Assembly: GCA_039024555.1 (NCBI GenBank)
Contig: JBCCQQ010000071.1
Span: 1-30,648 of the forward strand
Direction: 5' to 3'
DNA: 30,648 nucleotides
DNA from: Cyanobacteria bacterium P01_D01_bin.156
GTDB taxonomy: Bacteria; Cyanobacteriota; Cyanobacteriia; Phormidesmidales; Phormidesmidaceae
Below, piece by piece: positions 1 to 9,225 of the stretch. The notes under the pieces are model-generated. The model was given only the letters and a program-made list of their open reading frames with translations, had not been told where the DNA came from and ran no database searches. The translations under genes and the position numbers were made by a program. Each line of letters starts with the position of its first letter. Position 1 is the stretch's first letter.

Positions 1-75
1 CTTCGGCAAGACATCTGGCAACAGAGGTTCTAGGACTTCCCACTCTTCGTCTGTGAGGCTGCTGGAATAGGCCAT
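1..75 (-). CDS. IS5-family transposase, N-terminal 25 codons (partial)
   Basis: Manual translation from the ATG at 75 gives MAYSSSLTDEEWEVLEPLLPDVLPK, matching the YxSxLTDxEWxxLxPLLP start of IS5-family transposases. Confidence 0.85.
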   Translation of the reverse strand, partial: MAYSSSLTDEEWEVLEPLLPDVLPK

Positions 76-137
76 AATGACTGACTTTGGCTGGATATTG
101 GACTTCTCCTCACATTATAAAGATGTCAAATCAGCTC
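1..137 (-). mobile_element. Left end of an IS5-family (IS1031/IS427-like) insertion sequence, truncated by the window edge
   Basis: The minus strand reads GAGCTGATTTGACATCTTT from 137 (putative terminal inverted repeat, TA outside it), followed about 60 nt later by a transposase start. The other IS end is outside the window. Confidence 0.7.
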
Positions 138-527
138 TATACGCAGTTTCTAAAAGCCACCTCTAAAAAACTAGATGGCAACAGTTAAGCAACCTCAATG
201 TTTCAAAACTCCTAAGCTAATATTCAAATCGTCATATGCATTACAAAGCCCAAGAGATTTACGTGTTGACAATTACCTCTGCAAAAGGAATAGGAAATTA
301 ATGCTATCTATTCAAATCTTTCGAGATACACTTTAGCTGTAATCAGGTTGCGATCAGATCGACAGTCTTAATCTCCAGAAGCCAAGCCAGAAATTTTATG
401 GTTTCAATAAGCGGCTAAAACAATCCGGCAATAGGTACCATTTTTAGTCAGATAGACGTTAACTAAAAACAACGAGTAAGTTTCACCCTTCACGTATCTG
501 AAACTTAGATGTATTTGGGGCATTATT

Positions 528-3317
528 ATGACTGCGTTTAACGTTAGTAGATCTATAGACAACGCCTTGGATGACGTCACATCCCATGGGACTACAACAA
601 ATTCTTTCAAGACTCTGGGGCATTGTCCCGCCCATGACATTCTGCGCTACGATTATCAGCCTCTTTCCCCCTTCTTTGCACCGCAAACTGTAGCCGTTAT
701 CGGTGCAACTGAGCGCCCTGGCAGCGTCGGTCGCACTCTGCTGTGGAATCTCATTAGCAATTCATTTGGGGGGACTGTTTTTCCGGTTCATCCTACCCGG
801 ACTAACGTGCTTGGGATCAAAGCTTACCCGACGATAGGTGTTGTGCCTGCGGCTATTGATCTGGCCATTATTGCCATTCCGGCCCAGGGAGTTCCAAACG
901 CCATTGAGCAGTGTGGAAAAGCCGGTGTGAAAGGGGTGATAATTCTCTCTGCTGGATTTAGGGAGATTGGGTCAGCCGGTGTAGCGTTAGAAGAGGCTGT
1001 ATTAGCCACGGCGCGACAGTATCAAATACGGGTGCTGGGTCCTAACTGTTTGGGGCTGATGTGCCCCACCAGCGGTTTAAATGCCACCTTTGCTGGTGCC
1101 ATGGCCCGACCCGGCAGTGTTGGGTTTATTAGTCAAAGCGGCGCACTGTGTACCTCAATCTTAGACTGGAGCCTACGTGAGAACGTAGGCTTCAGTGCTT
1201 TTATATCCATCGGTTCCATGTTGGATATTGACTGGGGAGATCTGATCTATTACTTGGGGGATGATCCGGCCACCCACAGCATTGTTATTTATATGGAAAC
1301 CATTGGCAATGCCCGGTCCTTTCTCTCGGCAGCTCGGGAAGTGGCCCTGAGTAAGCCTATCATTGTTATTAAGTCAGGGCGTACCCAGCTGGCTGCCCAG
1401 GCTGCCGCTTCCCACACCGGGGCGATGGCAGGCAGCGATGAGGTGTTAGATGCTGCATTTCGGCGCTGTGGGGTGTTACGGGTCAACACTATTGACGAGT
1501 TGTTCAATTTAGCAGAAGTATTGGGGAAACAGCCTCGTCCTTGTGGTAAACGCCTGACAATTCTCACCAATGCCGGGGGGCCGGGAGTGTTAGCCACAGA
1601 TGCCCTGATTCGCAGTGGCGGAGAGTTGGCCCCCCTGAGCCCTGAGACCGTCAATCGCCTAGATGAATTATTGCCTCCCCATTGGAGTCGCCAAAACCCC
1701 ATCGACATTTTGGGTGATGCTACACCGGAGCGTTATGGAGCCGCGCTGGATGTGTTAGCTGAGGAGAAAAACAGCGATGGTCTTTTGGTGGTGTTAACGC
1801 CCCAGGCCATGACCCAGCCCACCGAAACGGCCGCGCAGCTACAAACACGGGTGCACCGGTGGAAACATAAACCCCTGTTGGCCAGCTGGATGGGTACAGA
1901 GGTGGTAGCGGCTGGGGAAGCTCAACTTAATAAAAGTAGTATTTTTACCCTGCCCTACCCCGATGCTGCGGCTCAGATTTTTACCCTGATGGCCCGTTAT
2001 AGTGATAATCTCCATGCCCTTTATGAGACGCCAAGCCTCACCTCTACGTCAGCCATTGATGACGGCTCCATTACTGAGCTGCTGACCCAGTCCCGGGCAG
2101 AAAATCGGTCGTTGCTGAGTGAATGGGAGTCGAAACAGTTATTAACTGCCCACGGTATTCCGACGGTGGTGACTGAACTGGCCACGTCCGCTGATGAGGC
2201 GGTGTCACTGGCCCAACGCATTGGCTATCCGGTGGTGCTTAAGCTCCATTCCCATACCATTACCCATAAAACAGATGTGGGGGGTGTCAAGCTAAAACTG
2301 GCGGATGAGGTCGCGGTCAGAACAGCATATGCAGAGATTACGGCCATTGGTCAACCGGGAGATTGTTTAGGGGTGACGGTACAACCCATGATCTCACTCA
2401 CCGGCTATGAGCTAATTATTGGTAGCAGCATCGATGCCCAGTTAGGACCGGTCCTGTTGTTTGGCAGTGGCGGTCAGCTGGTGGAGGTCTATCGCGATCG
2501 TGCCCTGGGGTTGCCCCCTCTCAACACTACCCTGGCCCGTCGGCTGATGGAACAAACCCAAATATATAAGGCGCTACAGGGGGTGCGAGGACGAACCAGC
2601 GTGGACCTGGCTGCCCTTGAACAGCTGCTGGTGAGATTTAGTCAGCTGGTGGTGACCTATCCAGAGATTAAGGAAATTGAAATAAATCCTCTGCTGGCCT
2701 CAGCCGAGCGGCTGGTGGCTCTGGATGCACGGGTCGTTCTCCATGGCTCTGATGTGGCAGACGACTGTTTACCCAAGCCTGCCATCCGACCCTATCCGAC
2801 TCAATATGTGAGACCCTGGACCCTATCTGATGGCAGGCCAGTTACGCTTCGCCCGATTCGGCCTGAAGATGAACCCCTGATTGTTGCTTTTCACCAGACG
2901 CTGTCTGAGGAGAGCATCTATTTTCGATACTTTCATCTGATCAAGCTGCAAGCTAGGGTTGCCCATGAGCGTCTTACCCGGATCTGTTTTATTGACTACG
3001 ACCGGGAAATGGCCCTGGTGGCTGAATATCAGGATCCAGAAACAGACGAACGTTTAATTTTGGGGGTGGCCAGGCTCAGCCGTCTCCACGGTCTTAATGA
3101 GGCAGAATTTGGCATGCTGATTAACGATCAGTACCAGGGGCAAGGATTGGGAACAGAACTATTGAGATCGCTAGTGGCGGTTGCCAAAGCAGAAGCCCTA
3201 ACCCGGATTTCTGCTGATATTCTGCCAGAAAACAGGGCCATGCAGCGGCTTTGTCAGAAACTTGAGTTTACTTTCCAGCGTGACTATGGAGAACTGCGGG
3301 CCTATCGAAATTTGTAG
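528..3317 (+). CDS. Bifunctional acetate-CoA ligase (ADP-forming) family / GNAT acetyltransferase (Pat/PatZ-like)
   Basis: CoA-binding domain (VAVIGAT, LGPNCLG, SQSGAL), SHTG motif, [14 protein letters not shown]-grasp region ([15 protein letters not shown]) and a C-terminal GNAT domain ([15 protein letters not shown]). Confidence 0.92.
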   Translation: MTAFNVSRSIDNALDDVTSHGTTTNSFKTLGHCPAHDILRYDYQPLSPFFAPQTVAVIGATERPGSVGRTLLWNLISNSFGGTVFPVHPTRTNVLGIKAYPTIGVVPAAIDLAIIAIPAQGVPNAIEQCGKAGVKGVIILSAGFREIGSAGVALEEAVLATARQYQIRVLGPNCLGLMCPTSGLNATFAGAMARPGSVGFISQSGALCTSILDWSLRENVGFSAFISIGSMLDIDWGDLIYYLGDDPATHSIVIYMETIGNARSFLSAAREVALSKPIIVIKSGRTQLAAQAAASHTGAMAGSDEVLDAAFRRCGVLRVNTIDELFNLAEVLGKQPRPCGKRLTILTNAGGPGVLATDALIRSGGELAPLSPETVNRLDELLPPHWSRQNPIDILGDATPERYGAALDVLAEEKNSDGLLVVLTPQAMTQPTETAAQLQTRVHRWKHKPLLASWMGTEVVAAGEAQLNKSSIFTLPYPDAAAQIFTLMARYSDNLHALYETPSLTSTSAIDDGSITELLTQSRAENRSLLSEWESKQLLTAHGIPTVVTELATSADEAVSLAQRIGYPVVLKLHSHTITHKTDVGGVKLKLADEVAVRTAYAEITAIGQPGDCLGVTVQPMISLTGYELIIGSSIDAQLGPVLLFGSGGQLVEVYRDRALGLPPLNTTLARRLMEQTQIYKALQGVRGRTSVDLAALEQLLVRFSQLVVTYPEIKEIEINPLLASAERLVALDARVVLHGSDVADDCLPKPAIRPYPTQYVRPWTLSDGRPVTLRPIRPEDEPLIVAFHQTLSEESIYFRYFHLIKLQARVAHERLTRICFIDYDREMALVAEYQDPETDERLILGVARLSRLHGLNEAEFGMLINDQYQGQGLGTELLRSLVAVAKAEALTRISADILPENRAMQRLCQKLEFTFQRDYGELRAYRNL

Positions 3318-3345
3318 GCTGCTGGGATTAATCTCGTTTATTTGT

Positions 3346-3510
3346 TAAGTAGGTGGATCCAATTAGCTATTAGATATCGAAGCCCCCTCCCGTTCCCCAA
3401 TTCTGGGGGAGGCTAGACTCAAAGCCCTCAGAATTGGGTGTGTGTGGGCAAAATCTGCGAAGTCAAACCGTTTTTTTTATGTCTTATAAAAGATTGAGTT
3501 CACCCACTTA
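3346..3510. mobile_element. MITE-like element with imperfect terminal inverted repeats
   Basis: TAAGTAGGTGGATCCAATT (3346-3364) matches the reverse complement of 3492-3510 (TAAGTGGGTGAACTCAATC) at 14/19 positions. TA ends; lies between convergent genes. Confidence 0.55.
3382..3449. repeat. Degenerate cyanobacterial CCCCAATTCTGGGGG / CAGAATTGGG palindromic repeat nested inside the MITE-like element
   Basis: CCCAATTCTG is the exact reverse complement of the downstream CAGAATTGGG, with GCCC...GGGC outer arms. Resembles a dispersed cyanobacterial palindrome recalled from memory. Confidence 0.55.
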
Positions 3511-3640
3511 TATCGACATGAGCATCTTTCGAGACGATCTTTCTAGTGACGGAGTTTATAATCCATCTGTTAGTAGAGCAGAGGTCGCTGCCCTCTATGC
3601 GATTCTCCACGGTGAAGCCCCAGGATCAGCCGTGCAAATG

Positions 3641-4897
3641 CTATGCTGCGCGCTCCCGTTTAAGCAGGCAACTGGCAACCACAATACCGATGATGGCGCA
3701 CAAAGCCATGGGATAAAACGCATAGGTATAGGTGCCAAACCAATCTCGAAGCTGGCCGATGGCCAGGGTTCCGGTTAGGGCACCAACTCCATAGGCCGTA
3801 AACACAATCCCGTAATTTTGAGCATACTGATCGGGGTTAAAAAAGCGGAGTGTGATGATAGGAGCCATGGCTAGCCACCCGCCTAAACAAAACCAAAGTA
3901 GACAAAAGGCCAGTAAATAGGTGGCTAATTGACCCTCTTGGGCATTTATCATTAGCACACAGGCAATCAGCACCAGCGTATAGGAGGAGATGGCCACATA
4001 CTGGGGCTTAAAGCGGTCACTTAACCACCCAAATAACGGACGACTCAGCCCGTTAAAGAGGGCAAATAGAGAAACACTCATGGCTGCTGTCCCTGGTTTA
4101 ACATTGATAATCTCTTCACCCACCGGACCTGAGATACCAATAGCACTTAAGCCGATCAGGGTGCCAATGGCATAGCAACTCCACAGCCCATAAAATGACT
4201 GGCTTTTGAATAGGTTTTTGGGATAGGTACGAGGCTCTGTGACAGTGGACGCACCACATCCCCGGTGGGGATGCCAGCCCTTGGGGGGTAATGTCAGGGT
4301 GGTGGCAATGCCCAGAATAATGACCATAAAGAGGATACCCAGGATCCACAGCGTCGGTCTAACGGTGTAGATGTCAATTAAGCGATTGGCCAATGGAGCC
4401 GTAATTAGAGGAGATAGTCCAAACCCGATAATGGTTGAGCCCACTGCTAATCCTTTTTTGTCAGGAAACCAGCGGGCAACGACCATCATGGGCACACCAT
4501 AGGTAATGCCCACCCCTGTGCCAGCCATCACCCCATAGGTGAGGACAAGCATGGCAATATTAGTCGCAAAACTGGAGAGAATGTAGCCTATCCCCAGAAC
4601 AATCCCCCCAAGGGCTGTCACCATACGAGGGCCGATGCGGGGAATATAAAACCCGGTAATTGGCATGAGAGCTGCATAGAAAACCAGTGCCACCGTATAG
4701 GGTAGGAGACTCTCGGTGGCACTCAGATTTAGCTCAACTTCTAGGGGCTTTCTAAAGATACTCCAGGAATAAACATTCCCTAGACACATTAAAATAAGGG
4801 TGCCCAAAGGAATTAGCAGCCATCTACCCCGTTCTGCGGGCAATCCAAGTACGGTTAACACTGGGTCTTTAATGCCCATAGGTTTCAGCAAGGCCAT
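3641..4897 (-). CDS. MFS transporter, oxalate:formate antiporter (OFA) / monocarboxylate family
   Basis: About 12 hydrophobic segments; LGNVYSWSIF, RWFPDKKGLAVG, FNGLSRPLFGWLSDRF and QNYGIVFTAYGVG are typical of the OFA family. Confidence 0.88.
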   Translation of the reverse strand: MALLKPMGIKDPVLTVLGLPAERGRWLLIPLGTLILMCLGNVYSWSIFRKPLEVELNLSATESLLPYTVALVFYAALMPITGFYIPRIGPRMVTALGGIVLGIGYILSSFATNIAMLVLTYGVMAGTGVGITYGVPMMVVARWFPDKKGLAVGSTIIGFGLSPLITAPLANRLIDIYTVRPTLWILGILFMVIILGIATTLTLPPKGWHPHRGCGASTVTEPRTYPKNLFKSQSFYGLWSCYAIGTLIGLSAIGISGPVGEEIINVKPGTAAMSVSLFALFNGLSRPLFGWLSDRFKPQYVAISSYTLVLIACVLMINAQEGQLATYLLAFCLLWFCLGGWLAMAPIITLRFFNPDQYAQNYGIVFTAYGVGALTGTLAIGQLRDWFGTYTYAFYPMALCAIIGIVVASCLLKRERAA

Positions 4898-5051
4898 CGA
4901 GGCTAAGAACGCCCAATGGACGAGTATTATAGTTGCGATCGCAAAACCTTAATTAATTGTTTTTCCAAAAAACAACAATAAAATAGCGTCCTGCGGAAAT
5001 ATTATAAATTAGTTCATCGAGGGCCATACTCAATTCCACAAGTATTCACAA

Positions 5052-5091
5052 TCATCCCGCTGCTGACTAAGCGAAGTTAGCAGCAGGATGA
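5052..5091 (-). terminator. 17-bp stem-loop downstream of the cnfR-nafY-like genes (terminator or 3' stabiliser)
   Basis: TCATCCCGCTGCTGACT / AGTTAGCAGCAGGATGA with a 6-nt loop, 45 nt past the stop at 5137. The U-tract is weak. Confidence 0.6.
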
Positions 5092-5136
5092 CACAGCAAC
5101 CTAATCCAGCACAGGAAAAGATTCTTCAATGTTGAC

Positions 5137-5868
5137 TTAACCAACCGCCTGATAATTTTTCACCCGTTGCTCTACCCCAACACCTAAGATTTTGGCTAGC
5201 CAGGGTGGGGGCGCCGTTGTAATCGCCCGTTGCAAATCGGCAAGAATCTCCCGGATAGCCCCTCCAGATTCCACTTTCATCGGGTAAATATTTGCCTGGA
5301 TCACCTTTGCTGCCGCAGGCCCTCCAATGGAAGCAACATAGAGCACAGGACAGTCCCTAATTAAATTTACGCGGAACAGATTTTTGTTATTGCTCAAGTC
5401 TGCTTCTAGGGCTGAGCGCACGTCGATCAGTTTAATATCGTCCGCCGATAGCTGATAAATCAAATATCGATGACAGGAGCCAAAATGTCCGTCTAATTGT
5501 TCACCGGTATTAGATGCAACGGCTACGCGAATTGAGTTAGGCATATCACCGTGATCAGGCTCAATCGGTAACGGATGCTCACACTCTGCCTGTTCTCCCC
5601 AGAGCACCCGCACCGCTTCTTTAAAGGCCGCAATATCCTGGTTATTGGCATCTTCTCCCTCCCATTCACCCTCATCGACATCGTAAATATTGCCAAAGGA
5701 GCGTTTGAGCTGGGTGACTGTCAATGTCCCCAGGGACGCTTCTGTAATGTCATTATCGAGCTGTGTCTGTAGAGCAGCGATTAAATCTCTTACAGAGACA
5801 TCCGGCAATACCCTGGCGGCCAGGGCAATTCTTAAGGCAACCTCGTTGGAAATAGGTTGGTCTGTCAT
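5137..5868 (-). CDS. NafY/NifY-like FeMo-cofactor-binding protein (N-terminal helical domain plus NifX-family domain)
   Basis: N-terminal EVALRIALAARVLP; C-terminal IRVAVAS..LDGHFG, SIGGPAAAKV and PPPWLAK. Start placed at ATG 5868 because AGGAG lies just upstream. Confidence 0.82.
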   Translation of the reverse strand: MTDQPISNEVALRIALAARVLPDVSVRDLIAALQTQLDNDITEASLGTLTVTQLKRSFGNIYDVDEGEWEGEDANNQDIAAFKEAVRVLWGEQAECEHPLPIEPDHGDMPNSIRVAVASNTGEQLDGHFGSCHRYLIYQLSADDIKLIDVRSALEADLSNNKNLFRVNLIRDCPVLYVASIGGPAAAKVIQANIYPMKVESGGAIREILADLQRAITTAPPPWLAKILGVGVEQRVKNYQAVG

Positions 5869-5898
5869 GGGTTTTCTCCTAAATGTCGACAATTTTAT

Positions 5899-7494
5899 TT
5901 ACTTAATATCTAGAGTCTGTTGTATGCGGGCATAGTCTTCAGTCCCAACGCGAAACCGACCTTTTTCCACATCCCGTACCCAACTCTGGCTTTTCCCGAT
6001 TCGTTTGGCTAGAGAGCGCTGAGTCAAGTTCTGACGTTGGCGGGCCGCCTTGATCACAGTCCCTGACAATGGTTTTAACTGAGCTGTTTGAGACTGTTTA
6101 CGTCGTCGCTTAGGGGCTCGACGACGGACTGTTTGTTGCCATTCTTCAGATAGTTCAAAACCCGTCAGCCGAGCGTTGATCAGTCGCTGCCATTTATCTC
6201 GAGGGGCCGTATCGGTTAAGCTTCGGTTCTGATTGGCATCATTTACCCAAAACTCAAGGGCTTCGTCAACGTCATTGGGAATATCAATAGCCTTAGCCCA
6301 TAGCGGTTGTATATCGGCGGGGTACGTTTCTGTATCAAACAGCGGTTTGAGACCATAGTAGTAAATTGTTTCGAGATCGCTCTCAAAGGTCTTAAGCAAA
6401 CGTTTGTGAGCTCCCCGCACAGTGGTAGCTTCTGTCAGTCGCTCTTCCCCATAGGCAATACGCAGTAGGGTGCGTATTGTTAGCCGATGGTCCCCCCCTA
6501 ATCTCAGCTTAAATAAGAGCCACAGCAATAGACGTACTTCTCCTTCGTGCTGTTGCCAGTTGCTCATTACTTCCGTCAACAGGGACTTGGGCAGGGTGCC
6601 ATACTGATAAAAGGCGGTTTGATTACGATAGTCTTGCTTGTTAAGAAAGTGCTTGGCCCAGATGCCAGAGCGGATGGTAAAGCTTAGGCCAATTAAGTGA
6701 CGCCCTCCTTGAGCATCTTTTTCAAAGTAATACTCGGTGTTGACTAAATGCCAAATCGGCTGCTCATCAAAGGAAAAGGCTTTAACCTTTCCCTGACGCG
6801 GCCAGTCTAATGCCACCAGTAACTGGCAGGATTGGTAGACTAAATCCTTGATTAAGGTGAGCTTATCCAGCTTGTTCAGATCTTTTCGCTTATCGAGGTC
6901 TAAATATTGTTCAATATGCTGGTCATTGATTACAAACGATTCTTCCCAAGGGGAATTAAGGGTGATGGCATAGGCGGCAAAAATCAGATGAAGACAGGTG
7001 GCACGAATATCAAAATTGGCTATGGTCGCCGTGGCTTCATTCTCAGCCATGGCGACAGGACTGGCCTGTTCGAGATTTTTGGCTAATCGAAAGCGTATTT
7101 CGCCTCGACCACGATGGACAGGTCGACGGTAACAAAATTTTCCGTCAGCATCGGTTTTCCAAGGCAAATGCCCCCGCTGAGCTAACACGTTACAAGCTTC
7201 CCAAATGACCATTGAAGACGCAAACGGAGTGGTTTTGCCACTAAGAAAAATATCAGCAATTGCCGCTGGCAGGAGGGTACTCTTACGACGTCCTTTTTTG
7301 GGAACCAGAGGAGACAGGGAGCCGATGTCACACGATTGTACACATCGGGCAACCTCTACATCCTGGCAGTTATTGCACAGTGTGGGGTCAATCCAATAGC
7401 CTTTCCATTTTGCTTGGGGTTTAATTGCTCCCCTGGGACATTGGGGCCGACAGCTATCGCAAGAGATACAACCGTCTTTGATAGTGTAAGCCAT
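5899..7494 (-). CDS. cnfR: CnfR/PatB transcriptional activator of nif genes
   Basis: N-terminal ferredoxin-like motifs (CISCDSCRPQCP; CNNC..CVQSC), C-terminal XRE-type HTH (LTQRSLAKRIGKSQSWVRDVEKG), about 530 aa, inside a nif cluster. ATG at 7494. Confidence 0.9.
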   Translation of the reverse strand: MAYTIKDGCISCDSCRPQCPRGAIKPQAKWKGYWIDPTLCNNCQDVEVARCVQSCDIGSLSPLVPKKGRRKSTLLPAAIADIFLSGKTTPFASSMVIWEACNVLAQRGHLPWKTDADGKFCYRRPVHRGRGEIRFRLAKNLEQASPVAMAENEATATIANFDIRATCLHLIFAAYAITLNSPWEESFVINDQHIEQYLDLDKRKDLNKLDKLTLIKDLVYQSCQLLVALDWPRQGKVKAFSFDEQPIWHLVNTEYYFEKDAQGGRHLIGLSFTIRSGIWAKHFLNKQDYRNQTAFYQYGTLPKSLLTEVMSNWQQHEGEVRLLLWLLFKLRLGGDHRLTIRTLLRIAYGEERLTEATTVRGAHKRLLKTFESDLETIYYYGLKPLFDTETYPADIQPLWAKAIDIPNDVDEALEFWVNDANQNRSLTDTAPRDKWQRLINARLTGFELSEEWQQTVRRRAPKRRRKQSQTAQLKPLSGTVIKAARQRQNLTQRSLAKRIGKSQSWVRDVEKGRFRVGTEDYARIQQTLDIK

Positions 7495-7602
7495 AAACAA
7501 CCTGGGTCTATCAATAGACTGATAGGTAAGAAAAAACTAATAACTTAAAAAACGGGCTTAAAGGCCACAAACAGGCAAATCTCCAAACAAATAGAAGATT
7601 TA

Positions 7603-7642
7603 CCGTTGCTGATTTAAAGGATGGGCCGAGCGATGATCAGCA
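7603..7642. repeat. Truncated copy of the GTTGCTGAT...ATCAGCA hairpin repeat
   Basis: CCGTTGCTGATTTAAAGGATG matches the copy at 13050-13070 at 20/21 positions and is closed by GATCAGCA. Confidence 0.7.
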
Positions 7643-7760
7643 CCACCGAAGCGTTGTGCAGGGAAAATGAATGACGAGTCTATCAGGACTAGATTACAAA
7701 AATTGTAGGTGGACAATTTATTGAAAGTTCACGCTATTAGAAATAACAACCCGAAAAAAT

Positions 7761-7774
7761 GTATTCTATGTCAC
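7761..7774 (-). promoter_or_regulatory. Possible NtcA site upstream of cnfR
   Basis: The minus strand reads GTG-ACATAGAA-TAC, one mismatch from GTA-N8-TAC. TAGCGT follows 24 nt later, slightly longer than the canonical spacing. Confidence 0.35.
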
Positions 7775-8031
7775 CTGATACGGTTTAATCTTTTCTTTCT
7801 AATTGACCCAACGTTATGTTCGGAATGGACTGTTGAGGTTGGTTTTCTAGTTCTGTAATAACGTTTTGCTGGGGAAAATATGGTCAACCTCTCAAAATGT
7901 TTCAAGACTGTTGCTAACGATAAAAAAGTCTATTTTTGTTTGCATTCTGTTATGTGATCCCAGTAATTCAACCCTAGGTTGAATTACTAACTGAGTGGAA
8001 TTGCAGCTTGGCTTTTTGGGTGTTTGGTGTT

Positions 8032-8059
8032 GAGCAATACGGAATATTTCGTATTGCTC
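8032..8059. promoter_or_regulatory. 10-bp perfect inverted repeat (operator or terminator-like)
   Basis: GAGCAATACG-GAATATTT-CGTATTGCTC followed by TTT, in the divergent cnfR/ORF8396 intergenic region. Confidence 0.45.
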
Positions 8060-8395
8060 TTTACTAATGAAGTGTAGAGAGTGTGCAATTTAAGATTTTT
8101 TGACTATCGCTGCAGTAGCCTTATCTTCATGGGCTAGGACTTTGGGTCTTGAACTATGGGGATTTGTCCACAGACGAAGTTCTTAGTGTGAACCCGAGCC
8201 CGGTGAATGCTGATGAGGCGCAAGTCTTAATGGTGAAATAGCCTATTCCGATTCGATGCCCATTGCTACGTGTGGAAGATGACTGTGCAGTGGGGAGCGA
8301 ATGAATCGATCTGGCAAGATTGCTGCGTATCAGTATTTTTCAGATCAAATCCTGCCGAAAATTAGCAATGCTACCCATAAATATAAAGGAGACCT

Positions 8396-8719
8396 TTGAC
8401 AATGCTAGGTTTATCAGCGACTGATGCTAGTATGTGTGCGATGGATTTTTTGATGCAAGATTTGGAAATTCCAGATGTTGATCAAGATTTCTTCTCTATT
8501 CTTTCTATCCGTGAGACGGGTAGTGATTGGTATGCTGTAGACATTGGAGTGGAAGGACTCCCCGACAAATGGGTGTTACAAGTGTTTGACACGGGTCAGT
8601 GTGATCCCTGTTATACCTTCGTATCTCCGATGCCAAAGGGAGAAGATGCTGATCTAGAAGAGTTTCCTGAGCGCATTGCACAGGTGATATCGATGGAGCG
8701 AGCTGGACATAATGTATGA
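8396..8719 (+). CDS. Acidic hypothetical protein
   Basis: AAGGAG RBS at 8386-8391 (start TTG 8396 or ATG 8402); protein-like composition with a CDPC motif. Confidence 0.7.
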   Translation: MTMLGLSATDASMCAMDFLMQDLEIPDVDQDFFSILSIRETGSDWYAVDIGVEGLPDKWVLQVFDTGQCDPCYTFVSPMPKGEDADLEEFPERIAQVISMERAGHNV

Positions 8720-8758
8720 CTTAGCCCAATGGTTTGTGGCTAGCTTTGGGGATTGATA

Positions 8759-9106
8759 ATGGTTTATTCACTCTCGCCTGAAGATTTACCACCAGAGTCA
8801 ATCACAGACTTAGATGCAGAATTGAAAAGGCAATTGGAAAAGGCTATCTGTCGATACTTTTTTGAGGCCTGTGATGGATCTACTCAATCCCTGCTGATGC
8901 TCTGTCGATGGACTGTCAATATGGCAGAGGTCTTAACCTTACATATTTACTGTTCCGATCAAGAAGAGAACTGGCGAGTGTTGAATCGGATCACCAAGCT
9001 AGCTGAGTATCTTGCTCAATTTAGTTCCTGTGCCAAAATCAGAGTCCATCCCCCATCAGACACGGAAGAGCCGTTTGATATGCGAGTGGATGAACGGTCT
9101 GTATAA
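8759..9106 (+). CDS. Hypothetical protein (cyanobacterial type)
   Basis: Follows ORF8396 after about 40 nt on the same strand; ATG at 8759; FFEACDGSTQSLL...RVDE. Confidence 0.7.
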   Translation: MVYSLSPEDLPPESITDLDAELKRQLEKAICRYFFEACDGSTQSLLMLCRWTVNMAEVLTLHIYCSDQEENWRVLNRITKLAEYLAQFSSCAKIRVHPPSDTEEPFDMRVDERSV

Positions 9107-9137
9107 CAGGTTAGCTCGCTATAACAGGTTAGCTCGC
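9102..9137 (+). repeat. Perfect 18-bp tandem duplication
   Basis: TATAACAGGTTAGCTCGC occurs at 9102-9119 and 9120-9137, spanning the stop codon of ORF8759. Confidence 0.95.
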
Positions 9138-9225
9138 TCAGCTTTGGGCATAGCTCGCTGTTATGGAGATAGCACTTTGTTCCTTATAGGAAAATCTCCT
9201 GTGACGTAAGGCAACAGAGCTTTAT

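Noticed and set aside
3434..3778. 114-aa plus-strand ORF
   Set aside because: It starts inside the repeat element, overlaps the MFS gene antisense and has no recognisable motif.
5027..5033. Single minus-strand TTGAGTA upstream of the MFS gene as a CnfR site
   Set aside because: It is one short box without the companion boxes or spacing, and could be an ordinary -35 element.
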